Counted from the stretch's first letter, positions 1 through 10,350 are shown. The stretch: DNA of 64,000 nucleotides from Sulfurimonas sp. (GCA_041652055.1 JBAZIE010000001.1:133380-197379); one strand, 5' to 3'. Translations and numbers: made by a program. The notes: generated by a model from the sequence alone, not told the origin.

Positions 1-306
1 CATTTCATAAGCTTCTACCAAAAACCATTGCATTTGTTTGTTATAGTGAAAAAATATATCATCACTTGTTTGTTCAAGTGTTTTTTCGACTCGTAAATCA
101 CTTATTATTTTTTCATGTTGATTCAAAATATCAAAATAAACTGGTCGTTTTGACGAATGAAAATCTATATTTGAATGATTTTTTTTATACTCTTCAATCT
201 CTGATAGATATTTTTCATAACTTTTTTGAACTATATCTGCATAAAAAGCTAGTTCATGGACATTTTGTTCAAACTCTTCAAATATATTTTTAACACAAAT
301 TGGCAT
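1..306 (-). CDS. Hypothetical protein, 5' part only (runs off the window); possibly HEPN-like
   Basis: Not in the ORF track. Manual translation from ATG at 306 gives MPICVKNIFEEFEQNVHELAFYADIVQKSYEKYL...HYNKQMQWFLVEAYEM, open to base 1, with a GAGGGGG RBS upstream. Confidence 0.7.
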   Translation of the reverse strand, partial: MPICVKNIFEEFEQNVHELAFYADIVQKSYEKYLSEIEEYKKNHSNIDFHSSKRPVYFDILNQHEKIISDLRVEKTLEQTSDDIFFHYNKQMQWFLVEAYEM

Positions 307-370
307 GATTATTGCCCCCTCTTTCCCCGTCATCTCTTAATACATTTTAAAGAAGTCATCCCCTCTGTTT

Positions 371-1639
371 TCAATGCAAATGGTAGAGTTTTTTTCGCTC
401 GCTTGAACCCGCTATATTTAACTGTTTTCTGTACTTGGCGATGGTGCGTCTTACCATCTGGACTTTGAATTTGTCTTGAATCATCTCCAAGAGTTTCATG
501 TCGCTTAGCGGTTTTTTCCTATTCTCATTTTTAACAAGGTTTACAACAAACTCTTTTATGGCGGCGTTTGAGACGTCCTCGTCTATGGCGGTGGTAAAAA
601 ACTCTTTCATGGCAAATATGCCTCTGTTGCAGGCTATATACTTGTTTGCAATTGCCCTTGAGATGGTTGAGGGATTATGTCCAAACTCATCTGCCAAAGT
701 CTTTAGAGTAAGCGGCATAATTGCTCCGCCACTAAAGAACTCATACTGATACTCGACTATCATAAGCCCAACTTTGTAAAGTGTCGCTTTTCTCATATCT
801 AGCGCATCTACAAGGCTTTTTGCCTCTTTGATTTTCTGGGAGACGTACTCATGCTCTACGCCGTAGTTTGTGTCGATATTTATTGTCGGATAGTAGGCAT
901 CGTTTAGCTTAACCTCTATTGAGTCGTCATCATTGAAAAATATCATCAAATCGGGAACGACATGCGAAGACTCCTCTTGATATTCAATAGCTGGAGGATT
1001 TTTAAAAGTGCCCAAAACACGCATAACTTCCGCAAAATCGGCTTCATCAGAGTAGTCATGTATATTTTGCAAATCTTCTATCACTTTTATTGCCAGAGGG
1101 TAGGCTTTATCGCTTATATCGGAGCTATCAAGCTGAAACAAAAAAGACTCGGCAAGGTTCTTTGCGGCAATTCCCACAGGCTCTACATGTGCAAAGCGAA
1201 GACGTACCTTTTCAAATTCTGACATGTTAATATTTTCTTTAATGCAAAAAGCTTCGCTATCTCCCTCGTAGTAGCCGTTCTCATCAAGGTTTGCAACAAC
1301 AAAGGAGGCGATTTTTTGCGAGAGCGGAGTGGGAAAAAGCGGAGCGCCTATCTGCTCGTCCAAAACATCAAACAAAGAACGGTAAGCAATAGTCAAAGCC
1401 TCTATCTGCTCGGTTCTTGTGTTGCTAACAGAGTTGCTTGTAATTTTTTTCGGGAGAAACTTCTCAAAGCTCTCCTCAAATCCCGAAGTTACTTCAACAA
1501 CAGGATTTCCCTCAATAAATGGCGACATCGCCTCGCCCAAATCGCTTAGGCTTGAGTGTAAAATTGGCAGCCAATTACGCAGAGTATTTGAAAGTTTATG
1601 CTTATTTTCAACGCTTTGCGTCTGCTTTAATGCTGCCAT
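371..1639 (-). CDS. rpoN: RNA polymerase sigma-54 factor
   Basis: HTH region STISRAIANKY, PLSD and RpoN box RRTIAKYR; follows lptB. Confidence 0.96.
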   Translation of the reverse strand: MAALKQTQSVENKHKLSNTLRNWLPILHSSLSDLGEAMSPFIEGNPVVEVTSGFEESFEKFLPKKITSNSVSNTRTEQIEALTIAYRSLFDVLDEQIGAPLFPTPLSQKIASFVVANLDENGYYEGDSEAFCIKENINMSEFEKVRLRFAHVEPVGIAAKNLAESFLFQLDSSDISDKAYPLAIKVIEDLQNIHDYSDEADFAEVMRVLGTFKNPPAIEYQEESSHVVPDLMIFFNDDDSIEVKLNDAYYPTINIDTNYGVEHEYVSQKIKEAKSLVDALDMRKATLYKVGLMIVEYQYEFFSGGAIMPLTLKTLADEFGHNPSTISRAIANKYIACNRGIFAMKEFFTTAIDEDVSNAAIKEFVVNLVKNENRKKPLSDMKLLEMIQDKFKVQMVRRTIAKYRKQLNIAGSSERKKLYHLH

Positions 1640-1654
1640 AGTAGAATAAGCTTA

Positions 1655-2377
1655 CTAGAGCTTAAACTCCTCGCCGAGGTAGTATTTGCGCACATCTGGG
1701 TTTTGTCCTATCTCTTTGCTTGTTCCGCTTGCCAAAAGCGAGCCTGATTTTATAACGTAAGCTCTATCGCATACATCCAAAGTCTCTCTGACGTTGTGGT
1801 CGGTGATAAGCACGCCGATACCGTAAGAAACAAGCTGTTTTATAACCGTCTGAATATCCATAACCGCTATCGGGTCAACCCCTGCAAACGGCTCATCAAG
1901 AAGCAGAAATTTAGGCTCGTTTACCAAGGCGCGGGCTATCTCAACACGGCGTCTCTCTCCACCGCTCAGACTTACTCCTTTTCTGTAGCGAATCGGCTCG
2001 ATGTTAAACATGTCAAGAAGCTCTAAAATCCTCTTCTCCTGCGCATCTTTATCCTTTATCTTTACCTCTGCGGCAATAAGCAAATTGTCCTCAACGCTCA
2101 AATCTTTAAATATAGACGCCTCCTGCGGAAGATAGCCTATTCCCTTTAAAGCTCTTTGGTGAAGCGGCATGCCTGATAGATTTTCATCATCAAAAAAGAC
2201 CTCTCCGCCGCTTGCTTCAACAAGTCCGCAAATCATATAAAAAGTGGTTGTTTTACCGGCTCCGTTTGGTCCTAAAAGCCCGACAACTTCGCCGCTTCTA
2301 ACCTCAAGACTCATACCCTTTACAATCTCAAGATTTTTTATCTTTTTCTTTAAATCAATTGCTCTTAATACATGCAT
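1655..2377 (-). CDS. lptB: LPS export ABC transporter ATP-binding protein
   Basis: GPNGAGKTT, YLPQEASIF, LSGGERRR, DEPFAGVDP, ITDHNVRETL. Confidence 0.96.
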   Translation of the reverse strand: MHVLRAIDLKKKIKNLEIVKGMSLEVRSGEVVGLLGPNGAGKTTTFYMICGLVEASGGEVFFDDENLSGMPLHQRALKGIGYLPQEASIFKDLSVEDNLLIAAEVKIKDKDAQEKRILELLDMFNIEPIRYRKGVSLSGGERRRVEIARALVNEPKFLLLDEPFAGVDPIAVMDIQTVIKQLVSYGIGVLITDHNVRETLDVCDRAYVIKSGSLLASGTSKEIGQNPDVRKYYLGEEFKL

Positions 2378-2778
2378 ATTTTGTACTCTCTTTTATTGTC
2401 TGAAATTTTTTCTATATCGATTACCATGGTCTTTATCTCTGCCGAAGTTAAAATATTTATCAACTCATCATCCCCCCACTCAACGAAGTGAAGCCCATCT
2501 CTCTCAAGCTCTTCAAGCATTCCAAGCGACATAAAATGCTCCAGTCCCTGATTGTACATGTCGTAGTGAAAAATCTTATCTCCGTAGCAGTGCTGAAGCG
2601 AAAATGTTGGCGAGGTAACTTCATCATGAGTTCCCAAAAACTTTGCCATCTTCTTGACAAATGTCGTCTTTCCTGCCGCCAAATCTCCGCGCAAAACAAC
2701 TACACCGCTTGAAAAATCTTTAGCTATATCTTCAAGCATAGTGTCAAGCTCATCCAAGCCAAGAACATATTTTTTCAT
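2365..2778 (-). CDS. tsaE: tRNA threonylcarbamoyladenosine biosynthesis ATPase
   Basis: GDLAAGKT, VTSPTF, HYDMY, VEW. Confidence 0.93.
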   Translation of the reverse strand: MKKYVLGLDELDTMLEDIAKDFSSGVVVLRGDLAAGKTTFVKKMAKFLGTHDEVTSPTFSLQHCYGDKIFHYDMYNQGLEHFMSLGMLEELERDGLHFVEWGDDELINILTSAEIKTMVIDIEKISDNKREYKICMY

Positions 2779-3761
2779 AATTTATTTGATATTTCAATGA
2801 TTTGTTTTAGCTTTTCTTTGGCTTTTCCCGATTTGATAGCCATCTGTGCCATCTCTAAGCCATCTTGTATATCACGAGCCAAACCATCAACCATCAAAGC
2901 GGATGCCGCGTTTATCATCACAATATCTCTTTGCGCGTCAGTCGATTTGCCATCAAAAATATTATATAATATCTGTGCATTATCTTTTGCATTTCCGCCT
3001 ACGATAGTCTTTAGCGGAACTCTTTTTATGCCGTACTCACGAGGGTCAATTATAAACTCATGAACAGCCCCGTCTTTTAGCTGTGAAGCGTACGTTATAT
3101 CGCTTATGCTTATCTCATCCATTCCCTCAGAAGAACTTACCACAAGCGTTGACGAGGCACCGTTTATGCGAAGCGCCTCTGCAATTTTTGGTACAAATGC
3201 TTTGTTGAAAACTCCAAGTAGCGACTTTTTCGCTCCAGCCGGATTTGTAAGCGGTCCAAGAATGTTAAAAATTGTCTTGTCTGGTATAGTTTTTCTAACA
3301 GGCATAATAAACTTCATAGCAGGGTGATGATTTTGCGCAAACATAAAAGTAAAACCTGACTCTTCTAAAAGTCTAGCGCTATTTTCTATACTCAAATCAA
3401 GTCTAACGCCAAGCTCTTCAAACATATCCGCGCTGCCTGACTTTGAAGTAACGGAGCGGCTTCCGTGTTTTGCCACCATACTCCCGCATGATGCGCACAA
3501 AATCGCCACTGTTGAAGAGATATTGAAACTTCCTATCTTATCTCCGCCAGTGCCGACTATATCAATAACTTTTGCGCGCAAATAGTTTGATATCGGGAGC
3601 AAAATTGCAAAAGAGCGCATAACTTCGGCGGCAGCGGCAATAGTTTGAGTATTCATACTTTCATCAAGCTTTACGCTTAAGAGAAACTCCCTCATCTGCT
3701 CATCGTTCATCTCATGCTTAAAAAGTGAAGTAAATAAGCTCTTTGCCTCTTCATAATTCAT
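2775..3761 (-). CDS. trpD: Anthranilate phosphoribosyltransferase
   Basis: DIVGTGGD, FNISS, KHGSRSVTSKSGSAD, FNILGPLTNP, GMDEIS. Confidence 0.96.
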   Translation of the reverse strand: MNYEEAKSLFTSLFKHEMNDEQMREFLLSVKLDESMNTQTIAAAAEVMRSFAILLPISNYLRAKVIDIVGTGGDKIGSFNISSTVAILCASCGSMVAKHGSRSVTSKSGSADMFEELGVRLDLSIENSARLLEESGFTFMFAQNHHPAMKFIMPVRKTIPDKTIFNILGPLTNPAGAKKSLLGVFNKAFVPKIAEALRINGASSTLVVSSSEGMDEISISDITYASQLKDGAVHEFIIDPREYGIKRVPLKTIVGGNAKDNAQILYNIFDGKSTDAQRDIVMINAASALMVDGLARDIQDGLEMAQMAIKSGKAKEKLKQIIEISNKL

Positions 3762-4006
3762 GAAATCTCCTCGATATACTCATTTTGCAAACTTTTTGGT
3801 GTTGATTTTGCGGTGGGAATTTGAAGCACTTTATACTTTTTTACCGACTCAAGGTAGTTGATTGTAATAACAGTTCCGACTTCGACATTTTTGCTCGCTT
3901 TTGCGACAATGCCGTTTACCAAAACTACGCCGCTCTCTATCATATCCTGCGAAACTGAGCGTCTTTTTGTTATATTTACCGCGTTTAAAAACTTATCTAC
4001 TCTCAT
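3758..4006 (-). CDS. S4 RNA-binding domain protein (YabO/RqcP/Hsp15-like)
   Basis: MRVDKFL...KRRS...V.VNG..AK.S..V..G pattern, 82 aa. Confidence 0.88.
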   Translation of the reverse strand: MRVDKFLNAVNITKRRSVSQDMIESGVVLVNGIVAKASKNVEVGTVITINYLESVKKYKVLQIPTAKSTPKSLQNEYIEEIS

Positions 4007-4073
4007 TAATTAATACTCATAATCTAATATTTTTGTATATTGTAGAGTATTAAAACTGAAAAGAATGTAATAG

Positions 4074-4090
4074 TTGGAACATTTTTTGCA
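4074..4090 (+). promoter_or_regulatory. Putative sigma-54 (-24/-12) promoter
   Basis: TTGGAACATTTTTTGCA: GG at 4076-77 and GC at 4088-89, exact 10-nt spacing; matches the Campylobacterota TTGGAAC-N5-TGC form; 70 bp upstream of the GGDEF/EAL-fliL genes. Confidence 0.65.
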
Positions 4091-4160
4091 TTAAAATGAA
4101 GATTCCTAAAAGAGTTCAACGTATGCTATACTTAAAGCATAAATTTTTTAAGGCATTGCA

Positions 4161-6743
4161 TTGTTTAAATTTCATCTTAATAAAAAAATCTTTTGGTTTA
4201 TTACGCTATTTATCGTTGTTGCAAACTCTTTTTTGACTTTTTATATCTACAACCAGACACAAAAAGCCATTAAAATAAGAGCCTTTGCCAGAGGAGAGTC
4301 ACTTAAAGAGTATTTTCTTGCCATGCGTTATGTTTACCATCAACAATTTTTAAAAAGTGGTTTAGAGCTAGATGAGACAACTGTTGGATTTTTACCTGCG
4401 CACGCATCCACACTTATAAGTGATAGGTTTTCCGAGATTTCAAACGATGGAATAACCATTAGAAATGTTACAGATAAGCCAAGAAATCTTAAAAACGCTG
4501 CAGATAGCTTTGAACTTGAAGCTATACAATATTTTAAGAAAACCAAAAATACTCAAGCGCAAATTAAAAAAATCAAACAAAACTCTCAAGAGATTCTACA
4601 CTACACCGCACCGCTTGTTATAGAGAAGTACTGTATCGCTTGTCATGGAAGCAAAGAGGAGGTTTTTCCTTCTGTTTTAAAGATGTATGACACTGCTTAT
4701 GATTATAAAGTAGGGGATATCCGAGGCGTTACAAGCATTAAAATTCCAATAGATAGCTTAGAGAAAGCAGCTATTAAAAGCTTTTATCAAACTGCGATAT
4801 TTACGTGGAGTATTATTTTGTTACTTCTTGTTGTTATTTATTTTGCTATCAACAAACTCACCAGACAAGAGGTAGAGCAAAAAACACTCCTGCAAGAAGA
4901 GGTAAGAAAAAAAACTGCCGATTTAGAGAAACAAAAAAATGAGCTCCAAATTGCAAACAAAAATCAAAAACATCTTTTTTCTATACTAAGAACCGTTTCG
5001 GATTGCAATCAAATCCTCATTACAGCCAAAAATATCGATGAACTCATAAGTGACACGGCTCTCTCGATGCACTCAAATACGACTTTTGCATGTGTTAAAG
5101 TATTGACGCTTCATGTTGTAAAAGCTTCTATCGGACTTGATGAGGACTTTAGTATTCTACCTTTAGAGATGGATGTTTTTGAAAACAACAAATTTATGCT
5201 GATGAAAATTTCTGATGAAAACTTACCTCTTGAGTGTAAAAGAAGAATGCAAAAATACAAACTAAGCGAAATTTATCTAGTCCCCCTTAAAAAAGATTAT
5301 CATGCAAAAAAGACTCTTGGCGTTATAAGTATCGGCACTATGGAGGAAAAGGGATTAAGTAAAGAAGAACAAGATATGATAAACGAGCTTGCAGGCGATG
5401 TCGGTTTTGCGCTCAACTCTTTTCATCAAAAAGAGGCGATTAATCAATTGTCTTTTTATGACACGCTTACCTATCTGCCGAATCAAAAACTCTTTGAACA
5501 ACACCTCTCTCAAGCTTTAACCCAAAGCAGTAAAAATCTGAAATACGGCGCAATTCTGTTTTTGGATTTTGACAATTTTAAAGATATAAATGACTTAATG
5601 GGTAAGGATACAGGAGATTTTATTTTAAAAGAGAGTGCTCAAAGATTAATCTCCAAAGCCCAAACGACTTCTCTTGCGGCAAGACATAGCGGTGATAAGT
5701 TTTCTATCCTTTTAGAAAACTTATCCCCAAAAGAAGAAGAAGCAGCCGTAATCGCCGAAAACTTTGCAAAAGAGATACAAGAGACATTAAAAGAGGCTTT
5801 TATCATAGAAAAAAAATCTCTTTATCTCACATGCAGCATAGGAATCGTACTCTTTTTAGATCACAAAGTAAATCCGGATAAACTCTCCAATCAAGCCGAA
5901 TACGCCATGAGAAGCGCTAAAAAAGAGGGAAAAAATACGATTCGTTTTTACAATGAGTCTCTGCAGCATACAACCAACTCAAAACTGCAAATGCTTCTTG
6001 AGCTTAAAAAAGCTTTTGTGCAAAAAGAGTTTGTTCTATACTACCAGAAACAATTTGATAAAAATGAAAAGGTTTTGGGCGTTGAAGCTCTCATAAGATG
6101 GGTACATCCGCTAAGAGGAATGATATCTCCCGCAGAGTTTATACCGCTTGCCGAAGAGTATGGAGTCATAAAAGAGATAGGTCGGTTTGTACTTGAGAGT
6201 GCTACGGATCAACTTGTGCTCTGGAGAGATGATGCGATAAAAAAAGAGTGGAGAATCTCCGTAAATGTAAGTCCTATCCAGTTTAAAGAAGAGGGGTTTG
6301 TTGAGGAACTAAAAGCACTTATCGACTCCAAAAATGTTAATCCCCAAAAAATAAGAGTTGAAATTACAGAGGGTGTTTTTATAGAAAATGAAGGGGATAT
6401 TACGCAAAAGATAGAGGCTTTAAAAAGCTTTGGTATCTCTTTATCCATAGATGATTTTGGAACAGGATATTCAAATCTTAAATATCTTAAAAACCTACAA
6501 ATTGATGAACTGAAAATCGACCAATCTTTTGTTTTTGGTCTAAACAATAACAACTCCGAAAAAACAATAGTTAAAACTATTATCCTAATGGGCAAAGAGT
6601 TTAATCTTGAGGTTATTGCCGAGGGCGTTGAGACAAAAGAGCAGTTTGAGCTTTTAAAAGAGCTGGGATGTGACTTTTTTCAAGGCTATCTCTTTGCAAA
6701 ACCTTGTCCCATAGAAGACTTGGAGTCTAATTCATGCAAGTAG
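4161..6743 (+). CDS. Membrane c-di-GMP phosphodiesterase: periplasmic heme-c (DUF3365/Tll0287-like) sensor, GAF-like region, degenerate GGDEF, EAL
   Basis: Two TM helices flank a domain with CIACH and GDIRG; YDTLTYLPN; SGDKF in place of GGDEF; VEALIRW, DDFGTGYS, IAEGVET, QGYLF. Confidence 0.9.
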   Translation: MFKFHLNKKIFWFITLFIVVANSFLTFYIYNQTQKAIKIRAFARGESLKEYFLAMRYVYHQQFLKSGLELDETTVGFLPAHASTLISDRFSEISNDGITIRNVTDKPRNLKNAADSFELEAIQYFKKTKNTQAQIKKIKQNSQEILHYTAPLVIEKYCIACHGSKEEVFPSVLKMYDTAYDYKVGDIRGVTSIKIPIDSLEKAAIKSFYQTAIFTWSIILLLLVVIYFAINKLTRQEVEQKTLLQEEVRKKTADLEKQKNELQIANKNQKHLFSILRTVSDCNQILITAKNIDELISDTALSMHSNTTFACVKVLTLHVVKASIGLDEDFSILPLEMDVFENNKFMLMKISDENLPLECKRRMQKYKLSEIYLVPLKKDYHAKKTLGVISIGTMEEKGLSKEEQDMINELAGDVGFALNSFHQKEAINQLSFYDTLTYLPNQKLFEQHLSQALTQSSKNLKYGAILFLDFDNFKDINDLMGKDTGDFILKESAQRLISKAQTTSLAARHSGDKFSILLENLSPKEEEAAVIAENFAKEIQETLKEAFIIEKKSLYLTCSIGIVLFLDHKVNPDKLSNQAEYAMRSAKKEGKNTIRFYNESLQHTTNSKLQMLLELKKAFVQKEFVLYYQKQFDKNEKVLGVEALIRWVHPLRGMISPAEFIPLAEEYGVIKEIGRFVLESATDQLVLWRDDAIKKEWRISVNVSPIQFKEEGFVEELKALIDSKNVNPQKIRVEITEGVFIENEGDITQKIEALKSFGISLSIDDFGTGYSNLKYLKNLQIDELKIDQSFVFGLNNNNSEKTIVKTIILMGKEFNLEVIAEGVETKEQFELLKELGCDFFQGYLFAKPCPIEDLESNSCK

Positions 6744-7255
6744 ATAAAGAAAAAATAATTAAAGGCGCCATAATAGTTGTACTGTTGCTTATTATTATTT
6801 TACTACTTATTTTAGGAGTTTTAAGCTCTGACTTTACAAAACTAAAAAAATACAATATTGCAAACGACTCCCCAAGAGAATCGGTTTATAACCGCACAAT
6901 ACTCTCAAATCTAAGCAACGGAATGAAGGTCTCCATAAGCAGTGAAAACAGAGCAAATCTAGGTGATTTTGTCTTTAACATCTCGGGAGATAAAAAACTT
7001 ATTGCGAATATCGCTATAAAGTATAAGCCCATAAAAGATGATAGTTCATGGTTTAGCAATCGTGATGAAATTGAACAGGAAATTCTTAAAAAAGGGATTA
7101 TTTTAAGAGATGCAACAATAAACACGATGCTCGGATACTCCACCGCCAGTGCAAACAATGAGAAAATGAGGCAGAAGCTAAAAGAGACCCTAAATAAAAA
7201 TCTCTCTAAGAGTGAGATTGAAGAGGTCTATTTTAATGAGTTTATCATTCAATAA
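6734..7255 (+). CDS. FliL-like flagellar basal body-associated protein
   Basis: N-terminal TM, LGDFVFNI, ILRDATI, C-terminal IEEVYFNEFIIQ typical of FliL. Confidence 0.75.
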   Translation: MQVDKEKIIKGAIIVVLLLIIILLLILGVLSSDFTKLKKYNIANDSPRESVYNRTILSNLSNGMKVSISSENRANLGDFVFNISGDKKLIANIAIKYKPIKDDSSWFSNRDEIEQEILKKGIILRDATINTMLGYSTASANNEKMRQKLKETLNKNLSKSEIEEVYFNEFIIQ

Positions 7256-7270
7256 ACAGACCTCGTTTAA

Positions 7271-8188
7271 TTAAAATTGCGGTTGAAGGAAAGGGATAAC
7301 CTGCTTTTTACGGCTTAAAACGCCATCAAGCCACGCTTGGTTGTTCTGGATTTTAATCTTAAACGCGTTCTCAACCTTGCTCAAATCATCGCTTATAACT
7401 AAAAGTTGAGAGCCCTCTTTCATAATGTCTGTTAAAAGGATGATGATTGTGTGAAGTCCGTCTTCTTGCTTCATTAGCTTCATATCTTCAAAGAGCTCGT
7501 TTATTCTGCTGTTTAAAACCGAGATGTCTACCATCTCAAGCTGACCTATTCCTACCTTTGTTCCGTTCATGTCAAACGCTTTGTAGTCTCTTGTGTTTAG
7601 GTTGCGAGCACTCGCACCCTCAACAGCTGATTTTGCTATAAACATCTCCATACCAAGAGCTTTATAATCTTCAACTCCGCAAATCTCAGCGAGCTCTTTT
7701 ACAGCTTTTGTGTCGATTTTTGTACATGTAGGAGATTTAAAGATTACGGTATCGCTTAAAATCGCGCACATCATCATTCCTGCTATATCTTTTGGAATAT
7801 CAACTTTATGATAGTCGTACATCTCTTTGATTACCGTGTTTGAACAGCCTATCGGGCGTATCCAGCACTCTAAAGGAGTATCGGTCGTAATGTCGCCAAG
7901 CTTATGATGGTCAACAATGCCCAAAATAGTTGCTTCTTTTATATCTTTTGGAGCTTGAGCAAGGTCGGAAAAATCAACCAAATATACATTTTCACCTGCG
8001 TAAGAGGTTTTAAGTTCAGGCAGTGTACCGCCAAACTTCTTTAGTATAAACTCCGTCTCTGGAGAGATATCGCCCTGACGCGTAGCAACGCAATCCTCGC
8101 CGAGCTGATTTTTCAGATATGAAAGAGAAATAGCCCCGACAATAGAGTCGGAGTCTGGATTTGTATGACCAAAAATATATGTTGACAT
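7271..8188 (-). CDS. ppaC: Manganese-dependent inorganic pyrophosphatase (DHH family II)
   Basis: FGHTNPDSDS, VDHH, ILSDT, SRKKQV; start moved to MSTYIFGH at 8188, with AAGG upstream. Confidence 0.95.
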   Translation of the reverse strand: MSTYIFGHTNPDSDSIVGAISLSYLKNQLGEDCVATRQGDISPETEFILKKFGGTLPELKTSYAGENVYLVDFSDLAQAPKDIKEATILGIVDHHKLGDITTDTPLECWIRPIGCSNTVIKEMYDYHKVDIPKDIAGMMMCAILSDTVIFKSPTCTKIDTKAVKELAEICGVEDYKALGMEMFIAKSAVEGASARNLNTRDYKAFDMNGTKVGIGQLEMVDISVLNSRINELFEDMKLMKQEDGLHTIIILLTDIMKEGSQLLVISDDLSKVENAFKIKIQNNQAWLDGVLSRKKQVIPFLQPQF

Positions 8189-8265
8189 GCGAGTAGCCTT
8201 TAAATTTTTCGTAATTATACTTAAAAAGATTAAAACAAATGTTTCAAAAATGATATAATTTTCCA

Positions 8266-9603
8266 ATGAATGAAGAGATAAGCAACGCGCAAAATATATA
8301 TCTGTACCATGGTTTACTAATTTTTGGCGGCCTTTTAATCGTTGCCATACTCATTCACATGCTCTACCATAGACGCTCGCCAAGCGCCATTATCGCTTGG
8401 ATTCTCTCCATTATCCTTATCCCGTATATCTCCGTTCCGCTCTATCTTATAATCGGTCTAAGAAAAAGAAAAAACAGATACAAAAAGAGCTCTCTAAAGC
8501 TTAAGAACCAGCCCAACGACCAAAACAGGTGCTTTGAGATATATACAGACTCAACAAAAGCGTATGAGTCATTTATGGAGTGCATAGAAAAAGCCAAAAG
8601 TTCCATCTACATAAGCACCTATATATTTATGTATGACAAAGTTACAAAAGAGATTATAAAAGCACTGATAAAAAAAGCAAATGAGGGCGTAGAGGTAAAG
8701 ATACTCTTAGACTCTCTTGGCTCTATCATTCTATATCTCTCACAATACAGACTAAGAGGGCTAAAAAAAGCTGGGGTAGAGATAGAGTTTTTCATGCCGA
8801 TATTTCATATGCCATTTAGAAACTACATAAACCTGAGAAATCACAGAAAAATATACATTTTTGACAATGAAAAAGTTATAAGCGGAGGAGCAAACCTCTC
8901 TGATGAGTATTTAGGGCCTGTTTTTAGTAAAAAAAGATGGGAAGATATCATGTTTCTTATCGAGGGCTCATCGGTAGAGCAATATTTTGAGATATTTGCC
9001 TCGGACTGGTTCTACGCTTCAGATGAGAGGTTAGAATTTAACAAAGAAAAAGAAGAGCCTCAGGGCGATATATATCTGCAAGTTGTTCCATCGGGACCGG
9101 ATATGGAGAGGGATGCTCTTTATGAGGCGCTCCTCTTTGCAATATACGGCGCAAAAGAGAAAATTTACATCATTACCCCATACTTCATCCCAAATAACTC
9201 TCTCATTGAAGCGCTTATCATCGCGCACCACAAAGGAGTGGATGTAAGACTTATTACGCCAAAAGAGGCAAACCATACGATAGTAAACCTTGTAAGAAGC
9301 TCATACATGAGAGAGCTTGAAGAGGCAGGAATAAAAATCCATCTCTACAACGGAGCAATGCTTCATGCAAAAGCTATACTTTTTGATGACAAAAGCGTTG
9401 TGCTTGGAAGTGTAAACTTTGACAACAGAAGTCTCTTTTTAAACTACGAAGTGGCCGTATTTGTCAACTCGCTTAGAGTTATAGAGGAGATAGAGATGTG
9501 GGCAGATAGGCTTATAACAAACTCCTCTTTTGGTACAAAAAATGTCTCTGACTTGAAAAGAGTTTTTGAAAACCTTATGCGAATAATGGCGCCGCAGCTT
9601 TAA
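8266..9603 (+). CDS. cls: Cardiolipin synthase (PLD family)
   Basis: Two N-terminal TMs; two HKD motifs, NHRKIYIFD and LHAKAILFD; SGPD; GSVNFDNRS. Confidence 0.9.
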   Translation: MNEEISNAQNIYLYHGLLIFGGLLIVAILIHMLYHRRSPSAIIAWILSIILIPYISVPLYLIIGLRKRKNRYKKSSLKLKNQPNDQNRCFEIYTDSTKAYESFMECIEKAKSSIYISTYIFMYDKVTKEIIKALIKKANEGVEVKILLDSLGSIILYLSQYRLRGLKKAGVEIEFFMPIFHMPFRNYINLRNHRKIYIFDNEKVISGGANLSDEYLGPVFSKKRWEDIMFLIEGSSVEQYFEIFASDWFYASDERLEFNKEKEEPQGDIYLQVVPSGPDMERDALYEALLFAIYGAKEKIYIITPYFIPNNSLIEALIIAHHKGVDVRLITPKEANHTIVNLVRSSYMRELEEAGIKIHLYNGAMLHAKAILFDDKSVVLGSVNFDNRSLFLNYEVAVFVNSLRVIEEIEMWADRLITNSSFGTKNVSDLKRVFENLMRIMAPQL

Positions 9604-9618
9604 TGGCAGAGTTATAAG

Positions 9619-10350
9619 ATGTTCAAACCAAACAGTTTTGTCAAGTCGCTAAAACACCAAGAAACAGAGCTTAGTAGCGAGTTTTGTGTTCTTTGCTGGA
9701 ACGTCGCAAAACTTTCGCTTAAAAGCTCTTACAAAGATTTTGTAAACACTCTTATAAAAAAGTACGATTTGGATATTTTGCTTCTGCAAGAGGTAAAAAA
9801 AAGCATCTCGCATGAGCTTGAACTTCACGACTACTCCTATGTTTTATCGCCAAATATTGAGACAAAAAAGCATATTTTCGGGGTTTTGAGTGCATTTAAA
9901 AGCTCATGCTACAGCGAGCTATCGCTGCTTACAAAAAAACGCGAACTGCGATGTGCCACACACAAAATTTCTCTTATCACACATCATAAAATCTCAGAAG
10001 AAGAGACGCTTCTTATAGTCAATCTGCATGCCATAAACTTTGTGCACAACAGTGATTTTAAAAACGAGCTGAACTATATACACATGAGCATCAAATCACA
10101 CGGCGGAGCTATGATAGTTGCGGGAGACTTCAACACATGGAACCTAAAAAGAGTTCAGTATCTAAACGAGTTCAGCGACGATTTAGGCTTAAAAAAAGTA
10201 GAGTTTGAGAGCGAAAAAGATATAAAGAAGATTTTTTCCAACTCGCTTGATTATATCTTTTACAGAGGTTTGGAACTGACATTTTCAGCCGTCATAGACA
10301 GTAAAAAAATATCAGACCACAACCCGATTATCGCAAAGTTTAAACGCTAA
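9619..10350 (+). CDS. Endonuclease/exonuclease/phosphatase family protein (YafD-like)
   Basis: WNV, LLQE, NLHAINF, AGDFNTW, LDYIFYRG, SDHNP. Confidence 0.9.
   Translation: MFKPNSFVKSLKHQETELSSEFCVLCWNVAKLSLKSSYKDFVNTLIKKYDLDILLLQEVKKSISHELELHDYSYVLSPNIETKKHIFGVLSAFKSSCYSELSLLTKKRELRCATHKISLITHHKISEEETLLIVNLHAINFVHNSDFKNELNYIHMSIKSHGGAMIVAGDFNTWNLKRVQYLNEFSDDLGLKKVEFESEKDIKKIFSNSLDYIFYRGLELTFSAVIDSKKISDHNPIIAKFKR

Noticed and set aside
66-468. Plus-strand ORFs 66-293 and 256-468
   Set aside because: They are shadows of the minus-strand ORF 1-306 and the rpoN 3' end
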